From assembly GCA_963664225.1 (NCBI GenBank), contig OY760937.1:2720001-2784000 (forward strand): DNA of 64,000 bases. Reading direction: 5' to 3'. How positions within the stretch are numbered: position 1 is the stretch's first letter; the number at the start of each line of letters is the position of its first letter. The position numbers and the translations under genes are program-made. This document shows, one piece after another, positions 28,628 through 44,650 of the stretch. A model generated the notes under the pieces. It searched no databases. It was not told where the DNA came from and was given only the letters and a program-made list of their open reading frames with translations. This stretch comes from Verrucomicrobiia bacterium (lineage in GTDB: Bacteria; Verrucomicrobiota; Verrucomicrobiia; Limisphaerales; UBA1319).

Positions 28628-29062
28628 TCAGTATAAGATAGGATTCCCACACTTCGCGCAGACGGTCGTTTGATAACTGCTGGCCTCGACGTGGAAGTGA
28701 TGCACTTTTTGATCGTCCTCTGGGAAAACGATTTTGATCGCGTCACCGGAAAACACTGGTGCATTGTTCTTCCAGCAAGTTCCCAAGGACGAACTGGCAT
28801 ACCAAATCACGTTCTTCATTCCGTTGGCATCAATCTCCAAGCTTCCCGACAGACTGCCGGAAACGTAGTAGTTCTTGTAAGCCTCGTAGGTGGGATCGTC
28901 GTATATGGAGTTTTTCTCGACCCAACTGCCAGATGCCGGAGTGGTGTGTTTAACGAACTTCTGGAGTTGGTAACTGCTGCCCGTCAAATTGACCGCTTCC
29001 GGGTTCGTGGTTGGATAGTGCCTAAGCGCTTGGGCACAAGGATGACAATAGTGAGAGCTCAT
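28628..29062 (-). CDS. Hypothetical 144-aa protein with terminal CxxC pairs (possible Zn-clasped toxin/RNase-like fold)
   Basis: CHPC at the N-terminus and CAKC at the C-terminus; fills the gap between the methylase and TIR-APAZ with short spacers. Confidence 0.7.
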   Translation of the reverse strand: MSSHYCHPCAQALRHYPTTNPEAVNLTGSSYQLQKFVKHTTPASGSWVEKNSIYDDPTYEAYKNYYVSGSLSGSLEIDANGMKNVIWYASSSLGTCWKNNAPVFSGDAIKIVFPEDDQKVHHFHVEASSYQTTVCAKCGNPILY

Positions 29063-29078
29063 TTGCGGTGTGTCCTTT

Positions 29079-31972
<2,894 letters not shown>

Positions 31973-31976
<4 letters not shown>

Positions 31977-32554
31977 GATTTGGGATAGAAGCTTTGAATC
32001 GGCAATTTGCTGCCATCAAGATTGACGACATTCAAACCGACGGTGGGGTTACCAAGCGGCTCAACTTGTTTGATCGAAAGCTTGCCAATGGCATCCGGCG
32101 TCACCGCTACGACTTCCTCACACTTATTGTCGTCCAACGCCACCTTGCTGTAGCGCAGAACGCCGTCGTAGCCGTTATCCTTTAGGTAATCGCGGTTTGC
32201 TTCGATGATCTTGCAGGAGATTGAACGGTCAGCGTTGTAATATTGGCCGCTAAAGTTCGCATCGGGCACGTTCCTCAGATCAACGAGGCGCAGATTCGCG
32301 TTGAGCGTGAAGTGAAATGAGTTGTCGGGATACGGAGTATTCAGGTGCAGTTCGCCAAGCGATGTCTCAAATTTTGAGGAAAACTGACTACCAGAGGCCC
32401 CCGACGCAAAGTCGCGTCGGTTCGGTGCTGTGGACATCCAGCCCAAATCGTAGTCGTGCAGCATTCCTGTGCCGACGAAATGCAGTTCGTTATTCCAGTT
32501 GGCCGGTGCGATCCCCAAGAGATTTTGAAACTGATATGGGTTGTTTGAACTCAT
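31973..32554 (-). CDS. Divergent RES-like protein
   Basis: APNRR, FETSLGE, LRLVDLR and GYDGVLRYS match RES-family motif order; ATGA overlaps at both ends. Confidence 0.55.
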
Positions 32555-33654
32555 GCTCGTGCGAGGTCCGTTTGGGACGGCATTAGGTATTTCGGAACGA
32601 TTTGGAAATGTGGTTCACCGTCTGTAGCTCGCGATGGAATGTTGAGACGGTAGAGTCCATGCGCAGGCATCGGGAATGGCACGACTCCCTGTGGTTGCAA
32701 CGACCAGCAAACGGCTTTGGACGGTGTTACCTCATCTTGCTGTGGTGGGCGGCTGGCAATCCGTTTGTCGCGCTGTTCGCGTTGAAAGAAGACTCCGTAG
32801 TTCACTGGAAAATCCGAGATCACCGGAGCGTTGAGCAACCCCAAGACACTGTCGCGAATCTCGACGCTCATCGAAATGACGTGCGTCATTTGCGGCATGC
32901 TGCGGATCACGACGGCGTGAATCTGCGGCGTTGCCTCCAACTCGTGGCCAATGCCGTGCATGATGTCTTCATCAATGTTGTCGAAGGTGGTGATGCCAAC
33001 GATGTGTAAGGCCGCAACGTGCGGTGGGTCGGGAAACTTATGGGCTGCGCTCGAAAGGAAGCCTTTCCCCAGCCGGGAAAACGCTTTTCCGTCGGACAGT
33101 CGAGGCCAATCGGAACGACGAAACTTGGCCTCCACGTAAATCGGGTAGCCGCTCGCCTGCAATGCCCAATCCACGTCTCCGCTTACCCCGGCGAACTGGC
33201 CGCCACGCCGCAGAGCTGACGGCGACTTCCATCCGGTAAGCCAAAGCAGTTCCTCAATCGCGCTGAGGTGTTCAGATGCAGTCCGAAGGCAGGCCCTTGG
33301 CTGGTGCTGGTCATCCGATGGCAATAGCGCGAGGGCATCCAAAGCCCGGAGCAAACGGACGGGGCATCCGAGGTTTAGACCGATTCCATCGCAGGAGTTG
33401 ACAAACGACGGATGGAGCGGGTCTTCATTTGTCGGTTGGTCAGTGCCACGGCGGGAGTTTGGAACGAAGTAGTAAATGACGGAAGGCAATCCGTTCGGCA
33501 ATCCTGGCTGAGGTGGGCATGCAAGCTCACGAAGCTGCGCGGGGAAATCGAAGGGCAACTCGACCGACGCCAAATGCCCGTCCAAGCGACGAACCGCCGC
33601 CACAGGATCAGCAAAGTGGCGTTGAAACAATCGGATTAGCAGTTCGTCATTCAC
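32551..33654 (-). CDS. Hypothetical protein with a PD-(D/E)XK nuclease-like core
   Basis: SAIEEL...GDVDW...IYVEAKF motif; translationally coupled to the RES-like gene. Confidence 0.55.
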   Translation of the reverse strand: MNDELLIRLFQRHFADPVAAVRRLDGHLASVELPFDFPAQLRELACPPQPGLPNGLPSVIYYFVPNSRRGTDQPTNEDPLHPSFVNSCDGIGLNLGCPVRLLRALDALALLPSDDQHQPRACLRTASEHLSAIEELLWLTGWKSPSALRRGGQFAGVSGDVDWALQASGYPIYVEAKFRRSDWPRLSDGKAFSRLGKGFLSSAAHKFPDPPHVAALHIVGITTFDNIDEDIMHGIGHELEATPQIHAVVIRSMPQMTHVISMSVEIRDSVLGLLNAPVISDFPVNYGVFFQREQRDKRIASRPPQQDEVTPSKAVCWSLQPQGVVPFPMPAHGLYRLNIPSRATDGEPHFQIVPKYLMPSQTDLARA

Positions 33655-33667
33655 GGTGGATACGTAA

Positions 33668-34231
33668 TCAGTCGAATATGGCTGCGATGATATTGGAAGG
33701 ATTCGGATTAGTCTGGCCTTGAATCTTCGACAGGGCGAGGCGTTCCCATTTTGCTCCGTTATGGAGACTCACCCAAAGTCCGTCGGGAATGGCTGCTTGC
33801 CCAACTATCACCATCACAAAAGCTTTTAGTTGATGTCGAGATTTCTTGAAGCAGTCCTCCATGCTCTCGAAATCCCACTGGGATGGGTTGGGGTTGCTTT
33901 CGGGATGAGTATGCCAATCGCCGACAAAGTGAAGTCCATCGTCGAACAGACGCTTGATTTCGACGTTCTGATTTCGATGATCCGGCTTGAACCAAGCCCA
34001 ACCATGCTTATCGGTGGGGTTCGGGCCAGAAGCCCGAATCACGCGGACTTCGGTCTTCACGAATTGCGCGAACAGTTGCCCTCCGGTTTCAGTTTTGATT
34101 TTCCCGTGCTGGCGATGCTTAACGAAGTGCGCGACGACTTCAGGGGACAAGCAGATTACCGTACCAAGTTGTTTGGACTCGTATCGCAGTTCAGGAGATG
34201 TGATAGGGATTTTCAATTGCAGAGAGGACAT
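33668..34231 (-). CDS. cap3: CBASS Cap3 JAB/MPN isopeptidase
   Basis: ETGGQLF, GDWHTHPE...PSQWD JAMM motif; start at ATG 34231 or TTG 34216. Confidence 0.88.
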   Translation of the reverse strand: MSSLQLKIPITSPELRYESKQLGTVICLSPEVVAHFVKHRQHGKIKTETGGQLFAQFVKTEVRVIRASGPNPTDKHGWAWFKPDHRNQNVEIKRLFDDGLHFVGDWHTHPESNPNPSQWDFESMEDCFKKSRHQLKAFVMVIVGQAAIPDGLWVSLHNGAKWERLALSKIQGQTNPNPSNIIAAIFD

Positions 34232-36021
34232 CGGGGGTTGCGCTCCCATCGGTGCGTGAACATCCGTCTGCCCTGATCGGTGGTTGGCAATCTGTCTTTC
34301 CATACGCCATGCAAATTTCCTCCGAGGTCGGAAAGGCGAGAAAGATTCCCAACCCAGGTGCGCCACTCTGGGTGGATGGTCCTGCCGCTTAGAAAGTCGA
34401 GAGCTAGTTCGGCAATCAGAGCCTTTGTGGGCGCGACGTCGGTGACGCCATACGGTTGATAAAAATCACCACACCCGGTCGCGCGTAACAAGGTTTTGTC
34501 GGGCGCTTGCCATTCGACGACTCGGCCTTCAAAAGAGCCATGCTCCGTCATGCCACAGGCAAGACAGCCGCCGTGGTTGTTCACCATGACTGCGTGTCCT
34601 GCAATGCCGTAGGCTTCAGTCCACGCGAAGATTATTGGCGGAAAATTCGGCCACTGTCGCGCCGCGACGTTGAGCGCGCAGTCGCTCGCCCAATCGCCGG
34701 TAGTGGAGATGATCAAATCAAGCCGCTCGAAAACGTTTGGCCTTTCACGAAGAATCGTTTCGATGTCGTGACCGCCACTGGTTTCGACGGAAATTCCAGG
34801 CAGTTGCTTTTTTAGAATGGTTTCAAGCGCGTCGCTTTTGTGCTGGCGGGCGTAATCAGCGCCGAGCAGGTGACGACCGATATTGTCGAGAGAGAGAACC
34901 TGATTGTCGGTGAGATAAAAACCGCCCACGCCACTCTTGGCGAGAAGGAGCGCAACATCTGCCCCCAAAGAGCCGCAGCCAAATATCCCGACTCGTTTCT
35001 TGCCGAACTCCGCATTGCCGCCGGTACCGCCACGCGCATGAATCCATGCGGCGTCGGCACGAAAGACGTTTGCTCCAATCGCCGACATTGCACCAAAATA
35101 CCTGTTCAAGAGAATTTCACGCGGCATCTTTCCCTGACGGAAGCCGTCGCTCTTGCAGTTGCGCACGCCTTTCCCAGCTACGGCAGTTATCTTCGGCTCT
35201 TTCAACACCAGCCCGGCGAAGACCGGCCCGGCAGCCGTCGCGAAACCGAACATCACCGGCAAGGTTCGTGAATCCTGCGGAGCAATCTGAATGAGAGTCT
35301 TGTCAATGTCGGCGTGGGACGTTATCGCCAACCGGCGAAAGCCCGCACTCGTGGCTGGGTAATCTTCGGGGTAAATTGGTTTGTTCGACCAGACAAACAC
35401 GGAGGGAACGATCTCCATGTTTTTTGGCAAAACGCCTCCGTCGAGGTTCTTCACCCATTCCCGACATTCCGCTGATGTTTCCGCAAATAACGTGAACTTA
35501 TTTCCCGACCAACAGTGGACAAGACGGCTTTCTTCCCTGTGGGTGAGAACGCTCCAGAACGGCATGGCTTTCTCGATCAGGTGGCCCGGCCAATAGCTCT
35601 GAAATTCGGTGATGAAGTCCTCGCGGTTCGTGCCAGCAACCGAATCCGCAAGTAGCAGGCAGGCTTGGTCTAGAAGATACTTAATTGTTTCCTTCGGACG
35701 TGCCGGGGAGAATGAGGCTGGGCCTGAAGTCAGACACAGCCTTCCAGTTTTCTCCACATGCGGAAACTTCAGGTAGCAGGAAGTATCCTGAAGCAGGATT
35801 TCTGGCGGATGAAAAGGAAAGTTGGGACCGAGCCGGATGCGGACAACAAATGAATGGTCCGCCACGGGCAATTCGGCGAGCCAGCCCGCGAAGGTATGTC
35901 CTTCACGAGCCAACTCCCGTTCAGTCATGCGTCGGGCGGAGCGTTCAGAGATCAAAAAATCGTCAATCTCCTTGATTTGCACCTCGCGCACACGCTGGAC
36001 AACTTTGGCGCGTTCAACCAA
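34213..36021 (-). CDS. cap2: CBASS Cap2 E2-E1 (ThiF) fusion
   Basis: FPHVEKTGRLCL (E2), GCGSLG, DNIGRHLLG, GCLAC, TGCGDFYQPYG, terminal CPLC. Confidence 0.9.
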   Translation of the reverse strand: MVERAKVVQRVREVQIKEIDDFLISERSARRMTERELAREGHTFAGWLAELPVADHSFVVRIRLGPNFPFHPPEILLQDTSCYLKFPHVEKTGRLCLTSGPASFSPARPKETIKYLLDQACLLLADSVAGTNREDFITEFQSYWPGHLIEKAMPFWSVLTHREESRLVHCWSGNKFTLFAETSAECREWVKNLDGGVLPKNMEIVPSVFVWSNKPIYPEDYPATSAGFRRLAITSHADIDKTLIQIAPQDSRTLPVMFGFATAAGPVFAGLVLKEPKITAVAGKGVRNCKSDGFRQGKMPREILLNRYFGAMSAIGANVFRADAAWIHARGGTGGNAEFGKKRVGIFGCGSLGADVALLLAKSGVGGFYLTDNQVLSLDNIGRHLLGADYARQHKSDALETILKKQLPGISVETSGGHDIETILRERPNVFERLDLIISTTGDWASDCALNVAARQWPNFPPIIFAWTEAYGIAGHAVMVNNHGGCLACGMTEHGSFEGRVVEWQAPDKTLLRATGCGDFYQPYGVTDVAPTKALIAELALDFLSGRTIHPEWRTWVGNLSRLSDLGGNLHGVWKDRLPTTDQGRRMFTHRWERNPRCPLCN

Positions 36022-37027
36022 ACCGGCCTCCCCCTGCTTTTTGAACGGGCGCGGTTGGTACGTCGTTGGCGATCACCAGCGAACATTTTGAACTGCTTTC
36101 GTCAATCTGGTCGTCGAAGTAGTCGGTGTCGAAGACTCGTCGCCATGCTTTGAGTCCCTGCTTTTTTGAGTCGGTCGTTTGCGTGATTTCCAATTCAGAA
36201 ATTGCCCACTCCAGCCGCTCACGCAGTTCCTTCATGCAGGCGTCTTCGTTCGTTTTGGTGAGCGTCCCGGCAACCACCGGATGTTGGACCAAAAGCGATC
36301 CATCCAGCCGTGACTTAATGGATTTGAGGAGATTGTAGAATGCCCGATCTTCGCGCTCGTCGTAGTTCCAATAACGCTCATTCGTAAGCACGGTCAGGAC
36401 GAAACCGCTCGGCATATTCCAACTCGCACGACTTATGGCAAACTTTTTCAACAGTCTTACCATCCGGCGCATTTGGTGGTGGCCCGCCTTTTCCTGGGAG
36501 GAATGTTTGGCGTTGAGTTGCTTCTGAAACCATTCGGTGACGGCTTCTGGATTGGATTGTTTCCAATCGGCGCTCGCCAGTTCATAGAGCGTGCTGTCGG
36601 AATCAGGGTTTTCCATGCGATAGACGGGAACGTCCACGTGATGACCTTCGTTGTAGAAGACGCGCACACAGTTGTTCCGAACCTCGGGCTTATTCTTGAA
36701 GGCATCGTCATAGAGGGCATCGCAAACCATCTTCCGCGCATCGAGCGGGGTTTTGTCCGCGCCTTGTCTTCCTTTAAGCGACTCCTTCGTGAAGACGACG
36801 CCGTCGTCAATGTCGTAGTCATTTTCAGGATGTTGGACGGTCGTTCTCATGGCGTAAGAGCCCTGGAGCACAAAATGACTTGGGGGCGGTTCGTCAGCGA
36901 CCTTTAGTCCATCTTTTAACCGGCGCTCATTTGCTTCGGCTTGGTCGGAAAGCTTCTTCCGAACATCTTCGGACAGTTTCACGCGATCAACATGGAAATT
37001 CCTAATTTCTTTACTGCAATCAATCAT
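36014..37027 (-). CDS. cGAS/DncV-like nucleotidyltransferase (CD-NTase)
   Basis: QGSYAMRT...DYDIDDGV, CVRVFY, HVDVPVY, SNP, C-terminal GGGRFG. Confidence 0.92.
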   Translation of the reverse strand: MIDCSKEIRNFHVDRVKLSEDVRKKLSDQAEANERRLKDGLKVADEPPPSHFVLQGSYAMRTTVQHPENDYDIDDGVVFTKESLKGRQGADKTPLDARKMVCDALYDDAFKNKPEVRNNCVRVFYNEGHHVDVPVYRMENPDSDSTLYELASADWKQSNPEAVTEWFQKQLNAKHSSQEKAGHHQMRRMVRLLKKFAISRASWNMPSGFVLTVLTNERYWNYDEREDRAFYNLLKSIKSRLDGSLLVQHPVVAGTLTKTNEDACMKELRERLEWAISELEITQTTDSKKQGLKAWRRVFDTDYFDDQIDESSSKCSLVIANDVPTAPVQKAGGGRFG

Positions 37028-38145
37028 AGTTTCAGCTCCTTCTGGTTTGGTGTGGTGAATTCCCGCATACTTCGGAACGTGTCGGCAATTATTTTACCCT
37101 GCTCATTTGTGATTTCGTCCTGACAAAGTCGGAAGGCCGCCACAGCGTCGTCTGCGCCGAATGTAGCAAACGCGTGCAACGCATCTGGCGATGCCAGATC
37201 CATTTGAAGGAACTTTAAGTGCGCCTCCGAACGGCGCTCTTCCGGGAATCGAACGATTCTGATTTGTCGGGCTTCGGTTGAGAGGCACTTAACCAAGAAA
37301 TGCGCGGCAAAATTAGCGCTCGAAGCCTGAGCGTTCATTGAAAGTGTGAGTGCTTTTGCGCCGGCTTTCCAATGCCATAATCCCCGGTTAAGGGATTTCT
37401 CATTCAAAAGCATCCCTTCTGGAGCCGAACAGGTGCCCACGGACAATATGTGGATAGGTTGGTTTGGCTTAGCCAATTGCAACGCTTCTATCAACGCAAT
37501 CAACACAGGATTATTCGCTGCAAGCCCGCCGTCTGCATAGCTTTCAAGCACTTGTGAGTCGAAGGGAGAACGAATGCCAGCAAGAGGAAGAAAAATTGGA
37601 GCGGCACTGGTTGCGAGACACAAATCTACGAGGCTATATGGGTCATCAAGGTTTTTCGTCGGAAGGTGTGGAGTTTTGAAGACTCGAAATTTCTCGTCCA
37701 ATAGATTTACGGCGGTGAGGCACAATCCGATGTTTCGGCTCTCATATAACTGCTTCACTGTTGTATCGCCAAAGAGCCCTTGCAAAGCCTCCCGAAGTGG
37801 TGCGGACGAGTTCGCTGGCTTAAAGAACGATTTGGCGGCCCAAATCAGGAAAGCCACCGGGCTTTGCGGTTGAGGGTTTTTGAAAATCTGCGGACCCACA
37901 TTTCGATAGAGGTCAACAACCTTTGAAATCGACAAACCATACGCCAATCCGGTGGCAAGTATGCCGCCAGTGCTCGTGCCGACTATCAAATCGAATGCCG
38001 CCCCAATGTCCAATTCTGGAATTGATCGTTGTTCAGCGAAGCGCAAAGCCAGACGGTGCATCAACGTTGCAGTATACAGTCCACGCATACCGCCCCCGTC
38101 CAGAGACAGTACACGAAATGGTTTTGCTTGATCGGGATGACTCAT
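37024..38145 (-). CDS. CBASS patatin-like phospholipase effector (CapV-like)
   Basis: DGGGMRG, GTSTG, ATSAAP, DGGLAANNP; stop overlaps the CD-NTase start. Confidence 0.9.
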   Translation of the reverse strand: MSHPDQAKPFRVLSLDGGGMRGLYTATLMHRLALRFAEQRSIPELDIGAAFDLIVGTSTGGILATGLAYGLSISKVVDLYRNVGPQIFKNPQPQSPVAFLIWAAKSFFKPANSSAPLREALQGLFGDTTVKQLYESRNIGLCLTAVNLLDEKFRVFKTPHLPTKNLDDPYSLVDLCLATSAAPIFLPLAGIRSPFDSQVLESYADGGLAANNPVLIALIEALQLAKPNQPIHILSVGTCSAPEGMLLNEKSLNRGLWHWKAGAKALTLSMNAQASSANFAAHFLVKCLSTEARQIRIVRFPEERRSEAHLKFLQMDLASPDALHAFATFGADDAVAAFRLCQDEITNEQGKIIADTFRSMREFTTPNQKELKL

Positions 38146-38152
38146 ACGGTTG

Positions 38153-41677
<3,525 letters not shown>

Positions 41678-41731
41678 GCCACCACAGTGGAGTAACCGAT
41701 TCTCATTGTGAAGCCCGTTATTTGCATATAT

Positions 41732-41749
41732 CCTGACTGCGCAATCAGG
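41732..41749. promoter_or_regulatory. Palindromic operator candidate in the divergent helicase/LysR promoter
   Basis: CCTGACTGCGCAATCAGG, an 18-bp palindrome with one mismatched pair, 1 bp before the LysR ATG. Confidence 0.5.
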
Positions 41750-41750
41750 T

Positions 41751-42704
41751 ATGCTTCCTGAAGTTGTCGCTAAAAATGGATTCTCGCTGGATCGGCTCGC
41801 CACGCTCTGTAACGTGATTGAGTCGGGATCAATCACTGCGGCTGCCGGGCCGAACACGAGCCGCCAAAGCCAGTTCAGTCGGCAAATCAAAGAATTGGAA
41901 GAAGCTGTTGGCGCAAAGCTGTTCGAGCGGATCGGAAAAACTCTGAAACCCACGCCATTCGGGGAGCAGTTGGCTCGGATGAGCCGAACTTTCTTTGGGG
42001 CGGTTGCGGAGCTTGCGTCAAATGAAGCTGACAAGCCTGGGCAGCTAAGCGTTGGCGGTGGTGAAGGTATGCTTCGTTGGGTGCTGGTGCCCTGCATCTC
42101 GGCTCTGCGGGAACTCGATCCGCCAATTCATTGCAAGGTGCGGTGCTTGCGGAGCGCCGAAATTGTCCGCGAACTGGAGTTGGGGCGGATTGACGTTGGC
42201 TTGGTTCGTAAAACTGCCATTTCGGAAAACGTAGCTTTTGAGAAGATTGGAACGTTCGAGTTCGTGCTCGTCATCCCCCGTCGACTCTTGCGTTCTCGAA
42301 GTGGTGAGGAAGCCTACGAAGGCAAACCTTTAGCCTACGCTGAACTCACAGGAGAAGGACAACTGGCGACAATGGCGCGGGATATTTCCAAAGAGGCCGG
42401 AATCCATTTGAACCGCGTTATCCAAGCGGAAACCCTGTCACTCCTCCTTGCTGCGGTTGAACACGGGGATGCCGCCGCTTTTCTGCCGACACCATCTACT
42501 TTCGCGCTACCGAACGACCGGTTCGCGGTTTTGCAGATCGAGAACATCGACAAGCTGAGTCGCGAAATGGTGTTGGCTTGGATTCCTGAAGCGTCAGACC
42601 AAAAGCCCGCGCTCAAGAGGGCGATCCGCGTCCTTTCCCGGAGTCTTCGACAATCGATGTCGGATTATGCGAGAGTTCCCGGCAACGACGCGGGAAAACG
42701 GTAA
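41751..42704 (+). CDS. LysR-family transcriptional regulator
   Basis: GSITAAA...QSQFSRQIKELEEAVGAKLFERIGKTLKPT HTH, LELGRIDVGL. Confidence 0.9.
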   Translation: MLPEVVAKNGFSLDRLATLCNVIESGSITAAAGPNTSRQSQFSRQIKELEEAVGAKLFERIGKTLKPTPFGEQLARMSRTFFGAVAELASNEADKPGQLSVGGGEGMLRWVLVPCISALRELDPPIHCKVRCLRSAEIVRELELGRIDVGLVRKTAISENVAFEKIGTFEFVLVIPRRLLRSRSGEEAYEGKPLAYAELTGEGQLATMARDISKEAGIHLNRVIQAETLSLLLAAVEHGDAAAFLPTPSTFALPNDRFAVLQIENIDKLSREMVLAWIPEASDQKPALKRAIRVLSRSLRQSMSDYARVPGNDAGKR

Positions 42705-42986
42705 AAGGATCGGGATTAGCTCAATACGAATGGCCCATCCCGCGCCACCCCGCACAGCACCAACTTCCAGCGCCTGTCCGACGCTTGCAGATGAGACCGA
42801 CATTGGTCCCGCTATAAGCTTTTGTGGTGCATGTGTCTGGCTCCCCGGGCAGCCTTGCTCTTCCGTCGAATTATCTGTCATTGAATGGCAGGCGTTGCGG
42901 CAAAAATTGCTTTGTTTCGCGTCGGCAACACCGACCCCGGTCGCAATCGCGCTCACCAGCTTGCTGACGGTGTCTGATTCGCTCCT

Positions 42987-43574
42987 TCAGACCCGGTGCC
43001 AGTGCCTTGGATTGGGAGTGGTTTTGGGTGCTGGAGTTTCTTCCCTCATGCCTTGTGCCTGGAGGATGGCGTGAGCGCGGGCCTTCTCTTCAGCGGTCGG
43101 TGGATGTGACGGTAGAATTTGCGCGAAGCGTCCCTGGGCTTGGTCGAAGACCTCCACGCTGGTTTCACCAAAGCCGCGGAACGCACCGGCAGCGGTGCGC
43201 AGGATGGGTAGGAATCGCACCTTTTGAACGCCCACCGCTTCCCCGATTAGCGCCACAACTTCCTGGCGGTCGGGCGCTTGGGAAGGCGGCAGGGTGAGAT
43301 CAAGGGGGACGCCCGGTACGGCGTGCCTGACCCAAGATTCAAGGACCATGACCCCGGCTGTGGCACCGTGTGCGAGGGCTAAGAGACGCGCAGTAGTGGT
43401 GAAGTGGTTCTTTGCCTCCTCGTCACCCAGGTTTCTGGGAACGTAAATGCCGGCCCCCGTAGGGCTGAGGAGCAGGAACGTTCCCGGCACTTTTCCGTCG
43501 TAACGGAGAGAGAACTCCGCATAGCGTTCAGCGTGACTGAGCAAGTCATCGAGGGGAGTGGGCTTAAGTGTCAT
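42987..43574 (-). CDS. Hypothetical ICE protein
   Basis: Protein-like frame from MTLKPTPLDDLL; lies in the ICE backbone gene run. Confidence 0.6.
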   Translation of the reverse strand: MTLKPTPLDDLLSHAERYAEFSLRYDGKVPGTFLLLSPTGAGIYVPRNLGDEEAKNHFTTTARLLALAHGATAGVMVLESWVRHAVPGVPLDLTLPPSQAPDRQEVVALIGEAVGVQKVRFLPILRTAAGAFRGFGETSVEVFDQAQGRFAQILPSHPPTAEEKARAHAILQAQGMREETPAPKTTPNPRHWHRV

Positions 43575-43656
43575 AATAGAATAAGGGATGGTCAGTTGGT
43601 TGTTTTTGGAAGGGTCATCGGCGCGGAGCTTGCGGCGTGCGCCTGTTTTCCAAACG

Positions 43657-44031
43657 TCATTGCGTTTGGACATTTGCGGGTTCAACGGCTGCCGGGCTCG
43701 GAGTGAACTGGCCTTGCTCTCGTCGGCCGTTACGGCGATGACTCAGCGGGGAGTTGGGAACCTTTGTGCGATTCTTGCGGTGCCAGTGGTTTTGCACAGA
43801 CTCGGTGGCGCGGCAGAGCCATTTAACATCACCACTCAACTGCTCCAAATCGATGGTGGCAAAGTGTTTAGTCGAATTTGGCGATGGACGTCCGAGCGGC
43901 TTGAGTAAGCCGGCCGCCATGAGTATCGGCAGGTCGTGAACCTGAAAACCGAGAAACTGGGCGGCCTGCTCCACGGTGAGGCGTGCAGGCAATCGGGGCA
44001 GGGAAAGCAGATGCTTCTGGTCCGTGTTCAT
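43657..44031 (-). CDS. Excisionase-like helix-turn-helix protein
   Basis: RLTVEQAAQFLGF...AGLLKPLG MerR/Xis-like wHTH pattern. Confidence 0.6.
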   Translation of the reverse strand: MNTDQKHLLSLPRLPARLTVEQAAQFLGFQVHDLPILMAAGLLKPLGRPSPNSTKHFATIDLEQLSGDVKWLCRATESVQNHWHRKNRTKVPNSPLSHRRNGRREQGQFTPSPAAVEPANVQTQ

Positions 44032-44214
44032 AAGCGAGGCCTGAGTGTGGATTCAGCGGGTAGCGAACGGGTCGGCGTGTTCTGACGCACGTTGAGATAC
44101 GGCAGTCGCATTGGGCGGTGAGGCAAGAAACGGCGAGGGTCGATGGCTCGCTCAGTCCTCGCAAGCCGTGAACCATGGCAAAAACCGCGGCCAGGGGAGG
44201 ACAGCGGATAGCGG

Positions 44215-44493
44215 TCAGGCCTGCGGGCCGATGTCCTTCTCCAGGGTCTGCGCGCAGATCCAGGTGTGTGTCGTGTCGGCCACCTTGGCGAGGACGAGTA
44301 GGTCGTCACGGCCAAAGGATTCGGTGGACTTCCACTGATCGTCCTCCTTTTCCTTGAAGAGGCGGCTGAACGTGGCGTTGTAACGAACCCCGTTGCAGGT
44401 GTTATTCTTCCAGATCGCGGCCTTGATGGAGCCGATCCGGACCTCATGGGCTGGTTTGTCTTTTGATTTTTGCATAAGAGTGTCGGAATCCAT
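44215..44493 (-). CDS. Small conserved-looking protein, possibly PC4-like ssDNA binding
   Basis: KPAHEVRIGSIKAAIWKN...YNATFSRLF...WKSTESFGRDDLL; GGAGGTG RBS; ATG 44475 also possible. Confidence 0.55.
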   Translation of the reverse strand: MDSDTLMQKSKDKPAHEVRIGSIKAAIWKNNTCNGVRYNATFSRLFKEKEDDQWKSTESFGRDDLLVLAKVADTTHTWICAQTLEKDIGPQA

Positions 44494-44650
44494 TTCACCT
44501 CCGTGAAAAACCGCAAGCCAGATCCAAACCATGTGCGGCAATTCCATCCACAAGGCGCCGGTCTGACTCCGCCCATTATGGTACGAGCTTTCGCGATTTT
44601 CGAAAAAATCAGCGCGGCCGTGCATTTGCGAACCAGAAGAGCGGGTGGAT

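Noticed and set aside
41678..42097. 140-aa N-terminal extension of the SNF2 helicase in the ORF track
   Set aside because: Overlaps the LysR HTH on the opposite strand; the protein-like sequence starts at GTG 41677.
42594..43074. ORFs 42667-43074 (+) and 42594-42956 (-)
   Set aside because: They overlap real genes at their ends, with no RBS or motifs; likely non-coding junction.
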